Assembly: GCA_963773945.1 (NCBI GenBank)
Contig: CAVZDD010000003.1
Span: 370,060 to 434,059, forward strand
Reading direction: 5' to 3'
Source: an uncultured Thermoplasmata archaeon
GTDB taxonomy: Archaea; Thermoplasmatota; Thermoplasmata; Lutacidiplasmatales; UBA184
Length of the DNA stretch: 64,000 nt
In this document: positions 1-8,371 of the stretch, piece by piece
Layout of the letters: each line of letters starts with the position of its first letter
Position numbering within the stretch: the stretch's first letter is position 1
Program-made: the position numbers and the translations under genes
The notes under the pieces: model-generated
Told to the model about the DNA's origin: nothing
What the model saw: the letters and a program-made list of their open reading frames with translations, nothing else
Database searches by the model: none

Positions 1-836
1 CCGCCGAGATCGAAGCCAAACTGATCGTCGGCGCCGATGGAGTGGCGAGTGCGGTTGCGCGCGCTTTCCGGTTGCGCCGTCCGGTGGAGATCCTTCCAGC
101 GTTCGAAGCCGAGTTCCCGGAATCCCCCGGCGACCCGGACCTCGTGGAGGTCTACCTGGGCAACACCATCGCTCCCGGGCTCTTCGGCTGGTGGATCCCG
201 GATGGGAGCGGTGGGGCGCGGGTGGGCGTGGCCGCGAACGCCGATGGCACCTCCGCACGCACCTATTACGAACATCTCCTCACACAGATCGCTCGCCGCT
301 ACGGCCAACCCTTGCGCAACGCGTCGAGCTACCTGGTATCCGGGATTCCGATCGGAGAAGTACCGAAAATCTCTGGTTCCCGAGTCCTCCTCGTCGGGGA
401 TTCCGCGGCGCAGCCGAAACCGCTCTCGGGCGGCGGGATCTACACAGGGATGCGCGCCGCCGAGCTCGCGGCGGAAGTGGCGCATGAGGCGCTGCTCGCC
501 GGCGACCTCTCGGCGGTGCGACTCTCCCGATACGATGACGCGTGGCACCGGGAGTTTGGGGACGAATTCGATAAGGCGCAGTACCTCCGCCGGCTCTTCC
601 TCAAGTTCACCGACGCCGAGCTCGAAGCGATCCTCGGGGCCCTCCAGGAGGCCGGCACCACGGAGACGATCGTGGCGTTCGGCGACATCGACTTCCCGAC
701 GCACGTCGTGCGTCGGCTGCTCCGTCAGTCTCCGTCGCTGCTACGGCTCTTGCCGAAGGCCGTCGGGGCGCTCTGGGGCGGAGACAAACGGCGCGCCCCG
801 GATTTGGACTTCCCTTCCGACCGGGTCCACCAGTAG
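1..836 (+). CDS. Geranylgeranyl reductase-family FAD-dependent oxidoreductase (5' partial, continues upstream of window)
   Basis: Frame open from position 3; translated AEIEAKLIVGADGVASAVARAF... matches the C-terminal half of the GGR/FAD-oxidoreductase family; the ORF track shows 42..836. Confidence 0.7.
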   Translation, partial: AEIEAKLIVGADGVASAVARAFRLRRPVEILPAFEAEFPESPGDPDLVEVYLGNTIAPGLFGWWIPDGSGGARVGVAANADGTSARTYYEHLLTQIARRYGQPLRNASSYLVSGIPIGEVPKISGSRVLLVGDSAAQPKPLSGGGIYTGMRAAELAAEVAHEALLAGDLSAVRLSRYDDAWHREFGDEFDKAQYLRRLFLKFTDAELEAILGALQEAGTTETIVAFGDIDFPTHVVRRLLRQSPSLLRLLPKAVGALWGGDKRRAPDLDFPSDRVHQ

Positions 837-1348
837 CCGCCCAGGGCCGCCAGACCGAGGCCCACACCGAGCACAACGTAGAGCACCACGGGTGTGGCCG
901 CCCCTCGGACCAGTATGGAGGTCTCCGGCACGATGCCGGATACGCCCAGTTGGCTCGCGTTGATCGTCGGAGTACCGTTGGGATACTGGGTCGCGCTGGC
1001 CCACGCACTCGCAGAGAAGAATCCTCTGGATTCGAGGAGGTACGAAACATTCGACATCGTGAAGGTGACGGCGAACCGGACGGCGTAATCCCCCGAGGCC
1101 GCCGAGGCCGGCACCGCGACCGGGACGCTCCAGTTCCACGACGTGTTGGGCGCGAGGAGGGGGGGCGCGATCGTGTAGCTCAGGCCCCCGCTCAGGGTCG
1201 GTGTCGCGCCGGCCGGGGGTGCCTGGGTTGCGCCGCCGTCAGTAGGGTTGAACGCATAGACCTGTAGGGAGACGTTCGCGGAGACGATCTCCTGGGCGAG
1301 AGGGTCCCCGACTCGGAAGGTCACCGACCCGGAGCCTCCAGGAATCAA
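725..1348 (-). CDS. Hypothetical secreted/membrane-anchored protein (N-glyc sequon-rich, C-terminal TM helix)
   Basis: 207-aa ORF with a TTG start; S/T/A/N-rich with NVS/NTS/NGT/NAS sequons and a C-terminal hydrophobic helix (VVLYVVLGVGLGLAALGGYWW); overlaps the 3' end of the GGR gene by ~110 nt on the opposite strand; no clear N-terminal signal peptide. Confidence 0.4.
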   Translation of the reverse strand: MIPGGSGSVTFRVGDPLAQEIVSANVSLQVYAFNPTDGGATQAPPAGATPTLSGGLSYTIAPPLLAPNTSWNWSVPVAVPASAASGDYAVRFAVTFTMSNVSYLLESRGFFSASAWASATQYPNGTPTINASQLGVSGIVPETSILVRGAATPVVLYVVLGVGLGLAALGGYWWTRSEGKSKSGARRLSPPQSAPTAFGKSRSSDGD

Positions 1349-1513
1349 CGAGGGTCCGACGAGGAACCCGAGGATGGGGCTCCAGTCCCGATCCGGAAGT
1401 ACGGGTACGCCGCGAAAACCGGCGCGACCAGGCCCGGGACGACCAACAGAACGCTCGCCCCGAGGGCCACGAGCAATGTCCCGGTCCCGCGTACTCGGCG
1501 GCCGAACCGCCGT

Positions 1514-2416
1514 TCAGACACCTGGCTCCCCCTCGAAGGCCCCGGACTCCGCCAGCGCGACGAGACGGCGGATCCGTCGGTAGGCCTCTTGGTGTCCGTG
1601 CCGGCCCGCGAGCCGGAGGAAGCCCGGGAACGGTCGCGGCGTCGACGGTTCGGGTAGTGTCAGGGCCTTGTAGAGGGCGCGCGCGAGCGCCATCGGACGG
1701 TGGGTCATCCGCGCCGCGTCGAGGTCCGCGCGGAACTCTTCCCGAGTCGTCAAGCTCCGGGCCAGGTAGGTCAGTAGCGGGTCCCAGGCCATCATCTGGG
1801 CAAACGTCCGCAGGAACGTGAGGTACCGGGAATCGAGTCCGCGGATATGGCCGAGCTCGTGCGCGATCACCGCGTCGAGTTCGTCCGGGGCGAGCACGGC
1901 GCGCAAGCCCCGGGAGAGGAGAATCACGTCCCGTCGATAGGGCAGGCGTCGTTCGCGCAGTCCGGGTTCGACCAGCGTGAACGAAAACGCCTCCGCGGCG
2001 GCCGATTCGAACTCGAGCAACGTGGTGGGCGCATCGGGGAGCGGAAGGTCGGCCGGCCACGGCACACTGGACGTGGGCAGGATCTTCAAGAGACCATGGC
2101 CGACCAGCTGGTTCAGGAAGAAGGCGACCGTGAAGACGCCGAGCGCTCCTAGGGCGCCGGTGACCCAAACTAGCGTCCAGCGGCTCTGGAAGAGCAGGAG
2201 AGGGGAGTGAACCAGCGCGAGTACGGCCTCGACCCCGCCGTTGAACAGCACCCAGACGAGAACGGTGGTCGCGAGCACGGCCCACAGAGCCAGGAACGTC
2301 GCCGCGAGCCGGAGCACAAGCCGGGGGGTCGATTTTCGAAAGGCCACGAGCAGCCCCACCCCCGTCGCGATCCATACCCCGACGGGCAGGTACAGGAGCG
2401 CCGATGCCGCGCTCAC
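1514..2416 (-). CDS. BlaR1/MecR1-like M56-family membrane zinc metallopeptidase (sensor/antirepressor protease)
   Basis: N-terminal multi-TM region followed by an HEXXH motif (IAHELGHIRG); sits 13 nt downstream of the BlaI-like repressor gene on the same strand. Confidence 0.75.
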   Translation of the reverse strand: MSAASALLYLPVGVWIATGVGLLVAFRKSTPRLVLRLAATFLALWAVLATTVLVWVLFNGGVEAVLALVHSPLLLFQSRWTLVWVTGALGALGVFTVAFFLNQLVGHGLLKILPTSSVPWPADLPLPDAPTTLLEFESAAAEAFSFTLVEPGLRERRLPYRRDVILLSRGLRAVLAPDELDAVIAHELGHIRGLDSRYLTFLRTFAQMMAWDPLLTYLARSLTTREEFRADLDAARMTHRPMALARALYKALTLPEPSTPRPFPGFLRLAGRHGHQEAYRRIRRLVALAESGAFEGEPGV

Positions 2417-2429
2417 GGCGCCCCTCCCC

Positions 2430-2816
2430 CTAGTCGAGGCCGAGGCGCCGACGGAGTTCGCGCTCCTCGGCGGGATGCAGCTTCGAGAGTTCCTCGTTGA
2501 GGTGCACGACCCCGGAGGGCCCGAACATCCGGACGACGCCCTTCACGAGATCGCTGAGATACCGATGCTCGAGATTGGGCGCGTATCGGTACACGTACCG
2601 CTCCCCGCCGCGGCACGTCTCGCGCCGCCGCCGGACAAGTCCTTTGGCAAAGAGGCGTCCCAGGATGGTCGCGACCGTGGTGTACGCCACGTGCGTGCCC
2701 CGCTTCGCGAGGTCGGCCCGTATCCGGGCCGCGGGAGCCTCTTCCAGGTCCCGTAGCGAGACCAGGACCTTCGACTCGAGTGCGCCGAGCAAGGGACTCT
2801 CCGAGTGAATCTGCAC
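2430..2816 (-). CDS. BlaI/MecI/CopY-family transcriptional repressor (penicillinase-repressor fold)
   Basis: 128 aa with a GTG start; winged-helix N-terminus (LGALESKVLVSLRDLEEAPAARIRADLAKRGTHVAYTTVATILGRLFAKGLV) and a C-terminal dimerisation helix; immediately upstream of the BlaR1-like gene. Confidence 0.8.
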   Translation of the reverse strand: MQIHSESPLLGALESKVLVSLRDLEEAPAARIRADLAKRGTHVAYTTVATILGRLFAKGLVRRRRETCRGGERYVYRYAPNLEHRYLSDLVKGVVRMFGPSGVVHLNEELSKLHPAEERELRRRLGLD

Positions 2817-2830
2817 GGGGGGGCACCTTA

Positions 2831-2859
2831 ACCATTACCCGTTCGAATGGTACGAACGG
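2831..2859. promoter_or_regulatory. Crossing inverted repeats (candidate operator) in the divergent blaI-like / cysteine-operon intergenic region
   Basis: ACCATT(2831-2836)/AATGGT(2846-2851) interleaved with CCGTTCG(2839-2845)/CGAACGG(2853-2859); lies in the 109-bp gap between divergently transcribed genes. Confidence 0.4.
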
Positions 2860-2925
2860 TACGGTCAGCTCCATTCCGGATGCGGGGTAGAACCTACCCA
2901 CAGATAAGCACCCTTAGGCGTTAAG

Positions 2926-4353
2926 GTGGGAATCGCCTCTGGGCGACGTGTGGCCGCTCCCCCGGGCTCCAATCCTCGCTCGATTCTCGACCTGATCGGG
3001 CACACGCCCCTGATCCCGCTGAACCGTGTCGCGAAAGGCTACCCTTACCGGATCCTGGCCAAACTCGAGTATCTCAACCCCGGAGGGTCGGTCAAGGACC
3101 GGATCGGTCCCAGCATGGTCGATGCCGCCGAAGCGAAGGGACTTCTCAAGCCCGGCGGAACGATCATCGAGGCGACCAGCGGGAACACGGGCGTCGGCCT
3201 TGCGTTGGTCGCTGCGGTACGAGGATACCACGCCGTATTCGTCATCCCGGACAAGATGAGCTCGGAGAAGATCCGCCTCCTCCGCGCCTTCGGCGCCCGG
3301 GTGGTAATCACGCCCAGCCAGCTGCCCCCGGACCACCCCATGAGCCACTACTCGGTCGCCAAACGGCTCTCGAAGGAGATCCCGAATTCGTACTACCCGA
3401 ACCAGTACCAGAATCCCGAGAATCCGGACGCCCACTACCGAACGACCGCGCCGGAGATCGATACGGGGGCGGGAGAGTCGCTCTCGGCCGTCGTGGCGAC
3501 GATCGGCACGGGCGGCACGATCAGCGGGATCGGGCGGTACTTCAAGGAACACCGGCCGTCGGTGAAGGTCATCGCGGTCGACCCGAAGGGGTCGATTCTC
3601 CAGCACTACTTCGAGACCCATGAGATGATCCGGGCCACGCCGTACAAGGTCGAAGGCATCGGGGAGGACATGATCCCCAGGACGGTAGACTTCCGCCAGA
3701 TGGACGAGTTCGTCCAGGTCGACGATAAAGAATCCTTCCTCATGGCCCGGCGATTGGCCCGGGAGGAGGGGTTGTTCGTCGGCGGCTCGTCGGGCTCCGC
3801 CGTGGCCGGCGCGCTCAAGTGGCTCGCCCGCCGGCCCATCCCCGAGGGCACGACGGTGGTCGTCCTCCTCCCGGACTCGGGCGACCGGTACCTGTCCAAG
3901 TTCTATTCCGACGAGTGGATGCGGGAGAATCGGTTCCTCGACGAGGGCGCTACCGCGGGCGATCTCGTCCGGGGAAAGGACGTGGCGCCGGCGCTCGTCG
4001 CGGTCGAGCCGACCACGCTGGTTCGCGATGCGCTCGACCTGCTACAGCGCCACTCGATCTCTCAGTTGCCGGTCCTGGCGGGAAAGGAGAACGTCGGGAG
4101 CGTCGTGGAAGAGGAGATCTTGCGGGCCGTGCTCTCGGACCAGACGGTGGTCGAGCGGACCGTCACGGCGGTGATGGGCCCGACGTTCCCCGAGGTCCGC
4201 GAAGACGAACCGATCGGCGATGTACTGCGTCGGCTCAAGGAGATTCGGGCGCTATTGGTGCGAGACTCGACCAGCGGCCAGGTGCTGGGCCTGCTCACCC
4301 GGCATGACTTATTGACCTACCTTTCCGAGCGGGGGGCGCAGAATGCGGCTTGA
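2926..4353 (+). CDS. Cystathionine beta-synthase-like PLP enzyme (cysteine-synthase fold plus C-terminal tandem CBS domains)
   Basis: Motifs LIGHTPLIPLNRV, SVKDRIG and GNTG/TGGT (PLP-binding fold), plus a C-terminal CBS-domain pair; 11-nt overlap with the next gene. Confidence 0.85.
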   Translation: MGIASGRRVAAPPGSNPRSILDLIGHTPLIPLNRVAKGYPYRILAKLEYLNPGGSVKDRIGPSMVDAAEAKGLLKPGGTIIEATSGNTGVGLALVAAVRGYHAVFVIPDKMSSEKIRLLRAFGARVVITPSQLPPDHPMSHYSVAKRLSKEIPNSYYPNQYQNPENPDAHYRTTAPEIDTGAGESLSAVVATIGTGGTISGIGRYFKEHRPSVKVIAVDPKGSILQHYFETHEMIRATPYKVEGIGEDMIPRTVDFRQMDEFVQVDDKESFLMARRLAREEGLFVGGSSGSAVAGALKWLARRPIPEGTTVVVLLPDSGDRYLSKFYSDEWMRENRFLDEGATAGDLVRGKDVAPALVAVEPTTLVRDALDLLQRHSISQLPVLAGKENVGSVVEEEILRAVLSDQTVVERTVTAVMGPTFPEVREDEPIGDVLRRLKEIRALLVRDSTSGQVLGLLTRHDLLTYLSERGAQNAA

Positions 4354-5488
4354 TACTCGACTCGTCCACACGGGCGGGGGCCCCGACCCCCAGACCGGGG
4401 CGGTTAACGTGCCGCTGTACCTCTCCAGCACGTTCGAGCAGACGGCACCAAACGAGAACCGGGGCTACGTCTACTCCCGTACCTCCAACCCCACGCGCAC
4501 CTCGCTCGAGAGCGCCCTCGCGGACCTGGAAAGCGGACGACGCGGCCTCGCTTTCTCCTCTGGCTTGGGCGCGCTCGCGACCCTTCTCGAGGACCTTCCG
4601 TCGGGCCAGCGGATCGTCGCCGGCGACGACCTCTACGGAGGAACGTGGCGGTTGTTCGACCACCACCGTCGCCAGTTCGGCCTTTCGGTCAGGTATGTGG
4701 ACCCCACCTCAGTCGAGGCGTTCGCCGCCGCCTTGGACGCGGAGCCGACCGCCGTGGTGTACCTGGAGACGCCCACGAACCCGCTGATGAAGCTCACCGA
4801 CCTCGCGGCGGTGAGCGCCCTCGCGCATCGCCACGGGGCGCGCGTGGTCGTCGACAACACGTTCGCGAGCCCCGTCTTCCAGCGCCCCTTGGAGCTCGGA
4901 GCGGACCTCGTCCTTCACTCCACGACCAAGTACCTCGGGGGCCACTCGGACCTGATCGGCGGGGCGCTGATCGCCGCCGACCCGACTTGGGGGGAGCGCC
5001 TCGCCTGGCTGCAGAACGCCGTGGGCGCCGTGCCCGGACCCGTCGACTGCTTCCTGGTGCTGCGGGGGATCCGAACGCTCGGGGTCCGGATGCGTGCGCA
5101 CGACCGAAACGGGATCGAGGTGGCGCGGATCCTTGAGAAGTCCCGGAAGGTCTCGGCCGTCCATTATCCGGGACTTCCGTCCCATCCTCAGGCCGAGCTG
5201 GCCCGTCGCCAGATGTCGGGCTTCGGCGGCATGGTCAGCTTCGACCTGAAGGGCGGCGAGCGGGCCGCCCGGCGGTTCCTCAGGGCGGTCAAGATCTTCA
5301 CGCTCGCCGAGAGCCTGGGTGGCGTAGAATCCCTCGCCGAACACCCGGCCTCGATGACCCACGCCAGCGTCCCCGCGGCGGAACGGGCGGCGCGGGGGAT
5401 CGGCGATGGACTCGTCCGGCTCTCCTGCGGCATCGAGGACCGTCGCGACCTTGTCGCCGACGTGACCCGCGGACTCCGGGCGGTGTGA
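4343..5488 (+). CDS. Cystathionine gamma-lyase/gamma-synthase (Cys/Met-metabolism PLP enzyme)
   Basis: Family hallmarks RLVHTGGGPDPQTGAVNVPLYLSSTF...TKYLGGHSDLIGG; sits between the CBS and cysS genes. Confidence 0.9.
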   Translation: MRLDTRLVHTGGGPDPQTGAVNVPLYLSSTFEQTAPNENRGYVYSRTSNPTRTSLESALADLESGRRGLAFSSGLGALATLLEDLPSGQRIVAGDDLYGGTWRLFDHHRRQFGLSVRYVDPTSVEAFAAALDAEPTAVVYLETPTNPLMKLTDLAAVSALAHRHGARVVVDNTFASPVFQRPLELGADLVLHSTTKYLGGHSDLIGGALIAADPTWGERLAWLQNAVGAVPGPVDCFLVLRGIRTLGVRMRAHDRNGIEVARILEKSRKVSAVHYPGLPSHPQAELARRQMSGFGGMVSFDLKGGERAARRFLRAVKIFTLAESLGGVESLAEHPASMTHASVPAAERAARGIGDGLVRLSCGIEDRRDLVADVTRGLRAV

Positions 5489-5489
5489 C

Positions 5490-6941
5490 GTGGTGCGCCC
5501 CTTCCGGGTCTACGACACCCTGTCCGGCGAGGTGCGTCCGTTCGTTCCGCGGGTCAGCCCCCGGGTCGGTCTCTTCGTCTGCGGGCAGACGCCGTACGCC
5601 GAGGCCCATCTCGGACACGGTCGCAACGCCGTCACGTTTGACGTCGTGGCGCGTGCGCTACGCCGCTGGGGGTACCATGTGTTCTACGTCCAGAACGTGA
5701 CGAACATCGATGACCGCCTCATCGCCCGCGGGCAGGGCGAGGGGCGCGACCCGCTCGAGCTAGCCGAGTTCCATTTCCAGGGTTGGCTCCGGTCGATGGA
5801 CCAGCTCGACGCCCGCGCGGTGAACCTCTACCCGTTCGCTACCGATTACGTTCCCGAGATCATTGCCCAGGTGTCGGCGCTCATCGACCGGGGGTTCGCC
5901 TACGTCGTCGACGGAGACGTGTACTACGAGGTCGCGAAGTTCCCGGATTACGGCCGGCTCTCCGGGCAGCGCATCGAGGCGTTGCGGCCCGGTGCTCGCG
6001 TGGAACCCGACCCCAAGAAGCGGGCGCCGGAGGACTTCGCGGTCTGGAAGTCGACCAAGCCCGGCGAACCGACGTGGCCGAGCCCGTGGGGCCCGGGCCG
6101 CCCGGGGTGGCACATCGAAGATACGGCGATCACCGCCCGCCTGCTCGGCGAGCAGTACGACATTCACGGCGGCGGGTCGGACCTCAAGTTTCCCCATCAC
6201 GAAGCCGAGATCGCCCAGGCCGAAGGTGCCTCGGGAGAGAAACCGCTGGTGAACTACTGGATGCACGGCGGCATGCTGCAGATGCAGGGCGAGAAGATGG
6301 CCAAGTCCGTCGGCAACGTCGCCAGCCTGGACGAGGGCATCCGAAAGGTGGGCCCGGACGTGCTTCGGTTCTTCTACCTCAATGCGAACTACCGGAGTCC
6401 GCTCAATTTCGAGCCGGGGAAGAGCCTCGAAGAGGCCCGGGAGGGGTACGCGACCCTCGCCACGCCCTACCGCCATTTGCGGGAGGAGCTGCTGCGAGGC
6501 GGCCTCACGCGCCCGGGTCGAGAACTGCCCGTGGAGGTCGCCAAGACCTCGACCGAGCTCCCGATCCGGCTCGACGAGATCCTCGCGGAGGATTTCCAGA
6601 CCCGGGAGGCCATCGCGGCCCTCTTCGGCTGGGGCCGCCTGTTGAACGAGTGGTCCTCGAAGCTCGGCGCACTGTCCGGCGCCGCGCTCGTCACCCTCGG
6701 CGCGCCCTACCGGTGGGCGACCGAGGTTCTCGGACTATTCCCGGAGCGCTCCAGTGCCAAGGCCCCGGCCGAGTTCGGCGCCCTGGTCCAGCTCGCGATC
6801 GACGCCCGGGGGCGGGCCCGGGCACGGGGAGACTTCGGCGAGGCGGACCAGGTCCGCCAGGCGCTGCTCCAGGCCGGGATCGTGCTCGAGGACCAGGGAA
6901 CCGAGACCCGCTGGCAGTGGAAACGGGACGGCGTCGGGTGA
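5490..6941 (+). CDS. cysS: Cysteinyl-tRNA synthetase
   Basis: HIGH motif (AHLGHGRN) and KMSKS motif (KMAKSVGNV); class I aaRS architecture; GTG start 2 nt after the upstream stop. Confidence 0.95.
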   Translation: MVRPFRVYDTLSGEVRPFVPRVSPRVGLFVCGQTPYAEAHLGHGRNAVTFDVVARALRRWGYHVFYVQNVTNIDDRLIARGQGEGRDPLELAEFHFQGWLRSMDQLDARAVNLYPFATDYVPEIIAQVSALIDRGFAYVVDGDVYYEVAKFPDYGRLSGQRIEALRPGARVEPDPKKRAPEDFAVWKSTKPGEPTWPSPWGPGRPGWHIEDTAITARLLGEQYDIHGGGSDLKFPHHEAEIAQAEGASGEKPLVNYWMHGGMLQMQGEKMAKSVGNVASLDEGIRKVGPDVLRFFYLNANYRSPLNFEPGKSLEEAREGYATLATPYRHLREELLRGGLTRPGRELPVEVAKTSTELPIRLDEILAEDFQTREAIAALFGWGRLLNEWSSKLGALSGAALVTLGAPYRWATEVLGLFPERSSAKAPAEFGALVQLAIDARGRARARGDFGEADQVRQALLQAGIVLEDQGTETRWQWKRDGVG

Positions 6942-7984
6942 GGGGACTCGGTTTCTCTGCGCACGGCGGACTCGACAAGGTCGGCTGGGTCGACGTGCCC
7001 CCGCCCGAGCCTGGTCCCGGTGAAGTGCGCGTCCGAGTTCATGCCGCGGCCTTCAATCGGCTCGACCGGTTCGTGCTGGAAGGGATTCCGGGGGTTCCGG
7101 TCGCACTCCCCCATGTGTTGGGGTCGGACGCCTCCGGCGTGGTTGACCGGGTGGGCGACGGCGTCACCGAAGTCGTGCCCGGCGCGGAAGTCCTGGTCAA
7201 CCCGGGCCTCTGGGACGGTACCTGTGAGTACTGTCGTGTGGGCCAGGAATCGCTCTGCCGTAACTATCGGATCCTGGGCGAGCATACCCAGGGCTCGGCG
7301 ACCGAGTTCGTCGTCGTTCCCCCGCGGAATATCTACGCTAAGCCGCCGGCGTGGAGCTGGGCGCAGGCGGCCGCGGCCCCCCTCGTGTTCCAGACCGCGT
7401 GGCGAGCGCTTCGGACCGTCGGCGACGTCCGTCCAGGAGAGACGGTCGCGATCATTGGGGCCGGCGGCGCGGTCGCTCCCGCCGCCATTCAGGTGGCCCA
7501 TCGGCTCGGTGCGCGGGTCGTCGTGGTCGGTCGAACCGCGGAGAAGGTCGAACGCGCGGTGGCCCTGGGCGCCGAGGCCGGCCTCGTCGTGAAGGCCGAG
7601 AAGTCCCACGAACGGCTGCTCTGGGAGTGGAGCAACAAGCGCGGAATCGATGTGATCTTCGATTCGGCCGGCGCGGACACCGTCCCCCGGTCCCTCCGGG
7701 CCCTGGCCCGGGGGGGGCGACTGGTCGTCATCGGAGCCACGGAAGGCCCGAAAGTCGAACTGGACCTGCGGACGCTTTTCTGGCGTCAGGCGTCGATCCG
7801 GGGGAGCACCATGGCCAGCCGGGCCGAGTTCGATGCGGTCTACGCGGAACTGGCGGGGGGACGCCTGCGTCCGATCGTGGACTCCGAATGGGATTGGAAC
7901 CGGGGGGTCGAAGCGTTCCACCATTTGGGGGCGCCCGAGGTCTTCGGAAAGGTGGTCCTCCGGACCGTCGGACCCAGTAGCTGA
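6938..7984 (+). CDS. Zinc-binding alcohol dehydrogenase / MDR-family oxidoreductase
   Basis: GTG start overlaps the cysS stop (GTGA); GroES-like N-domain, a GxGxxG Rossmann motif (AIIGAGGAVAPAAIQVA) and CEYC Zn ligands. The 5' part of the 733-aa track ORF (5783..6937) is spurious. Confidence 0.85.
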   Translation: MRGLGFSAHGGLDKVGWVDVPPPEPGPGEVRVRVHAAAFNRLDRFVLEGIPGVPVALPHVLGSDASGVVDRVGDGVTEVVPGAEVLVNPGLWDGTCEYCRVGQESLCRNYRILGEHTQGSATEFVVVPPRNIYAKPPAWSWAQAAAAPLVFQTAWRALRTVGDVRPGETVAIIGAGGAVAPAAIQVAHRLGARVVVVGRTAEKVERAVALGAEAGLVVKAEKSHERLLWEWSNKRGIDVIFDSAGADTVPRSLRALARGGRLVVIGATEGPKVELDLRTLFWRQASIRGSTMASRAEFDAVYAELAGGRLRPIVDSEWDWNRGVEAFHHLGAPEVFGKVVLRTVGPSS

Positions 7985-7989
7985 CCACG

Positions 7990-8032
7990 CCGGTCGACCC
8001 GGTTTCACCTCGGCCGGCCGCTGCCGGCGGTT
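7990..8032 (+). terminator. Imperfect hairpin plus T-tract after the ADH gene
   Basis: GCCGGTCGA...TCGGCCGGC imperfect inverted repeat followed by GGTTTTG...CATTTTT; typical archaeal T-rich termination context. Confidence 0.3.
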
Positions 8033-8046
8033 TTGCGTGGGATTCA

Positions 8047-8054
8047 TTTTTATA
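8047..8054 (+). promoter_or_regulatory. Archaeal TATA box (TTTTTATA) for the surface-protein gene
   Basis: Near-consensus TTTTTATA in a local AT-rich island, ~75 nt upstream of the GTG at 8126. Confidence 0.5.
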
Positions 8055-8125
8055 CCGGGACCTTCCAATCTAAAGCCTACGGACCGTCACCGGTCCATTT
8101 GCGTCAGTGGAAATGGGGGCCAGTC

Positions 8126-8371
8126 GTGAAGTTTAACGTAGGAAATCGTGTGGCGGTCGCCTTTGTTCTAGGAATTCTGGTTCTGAGCTCTCTCGCGCTT
8201 CTGGTCGTCATCGCTCCTCCGGCCGCGCATCCCTCGACGGCCGGATCGAGCCCGGGCGGGCTCCGGTCCGCGGCAACCTATGGCCACGGGGACCTGATCG
8301 TCACTCGCCGGCCAAACCGTCGTACTCACCCCCGGTACCACGGGTTCTTCCACCTACTACGAAGCGGGTAA
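8126..8371 (+). CDS. Signal-peptide-encoding N-terminal fragment of the large surface protein (out of frame with its body)
   Basis: MKFNVGNRVAVAFVLGILVLSSLALLVVIAPPAAHPSTAGSS is a classic secretory signal peptide; this frame decays into R/P-rich sequence after ~8290, where the downstream protein's frame opens. Confidence 0.45.
   Translation: MKFNVGNRVAVAFVLGILVLSSLALLVVIAPPAAHPSTAGSSPGGLRSAATYGHGDLIVTRRPNRRTHPRYHGFFHLLRSG

Noticed and set aside
1239-2375. 378-aa minus-strand ORF
   Set aside because: Alternative frame of the BlaR1-like gene; P/R/G-rich with no TM or HEXXH features
5783-6937. 5' two-thirds of the 733-aa plus-strand ORF
   Set aside because: Overlaps cysS in another frame and is Arg-rich junk; only 6938-7984 (GTG start, GTGA-coupled) is the ADH
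6707-8068. 453-aa minus-strand ORF
   Set aside because: Antisense to the well-supported cysS and ADH genes; R/G/P-rich low-complexity translation typical of GC-rich non-coding frames
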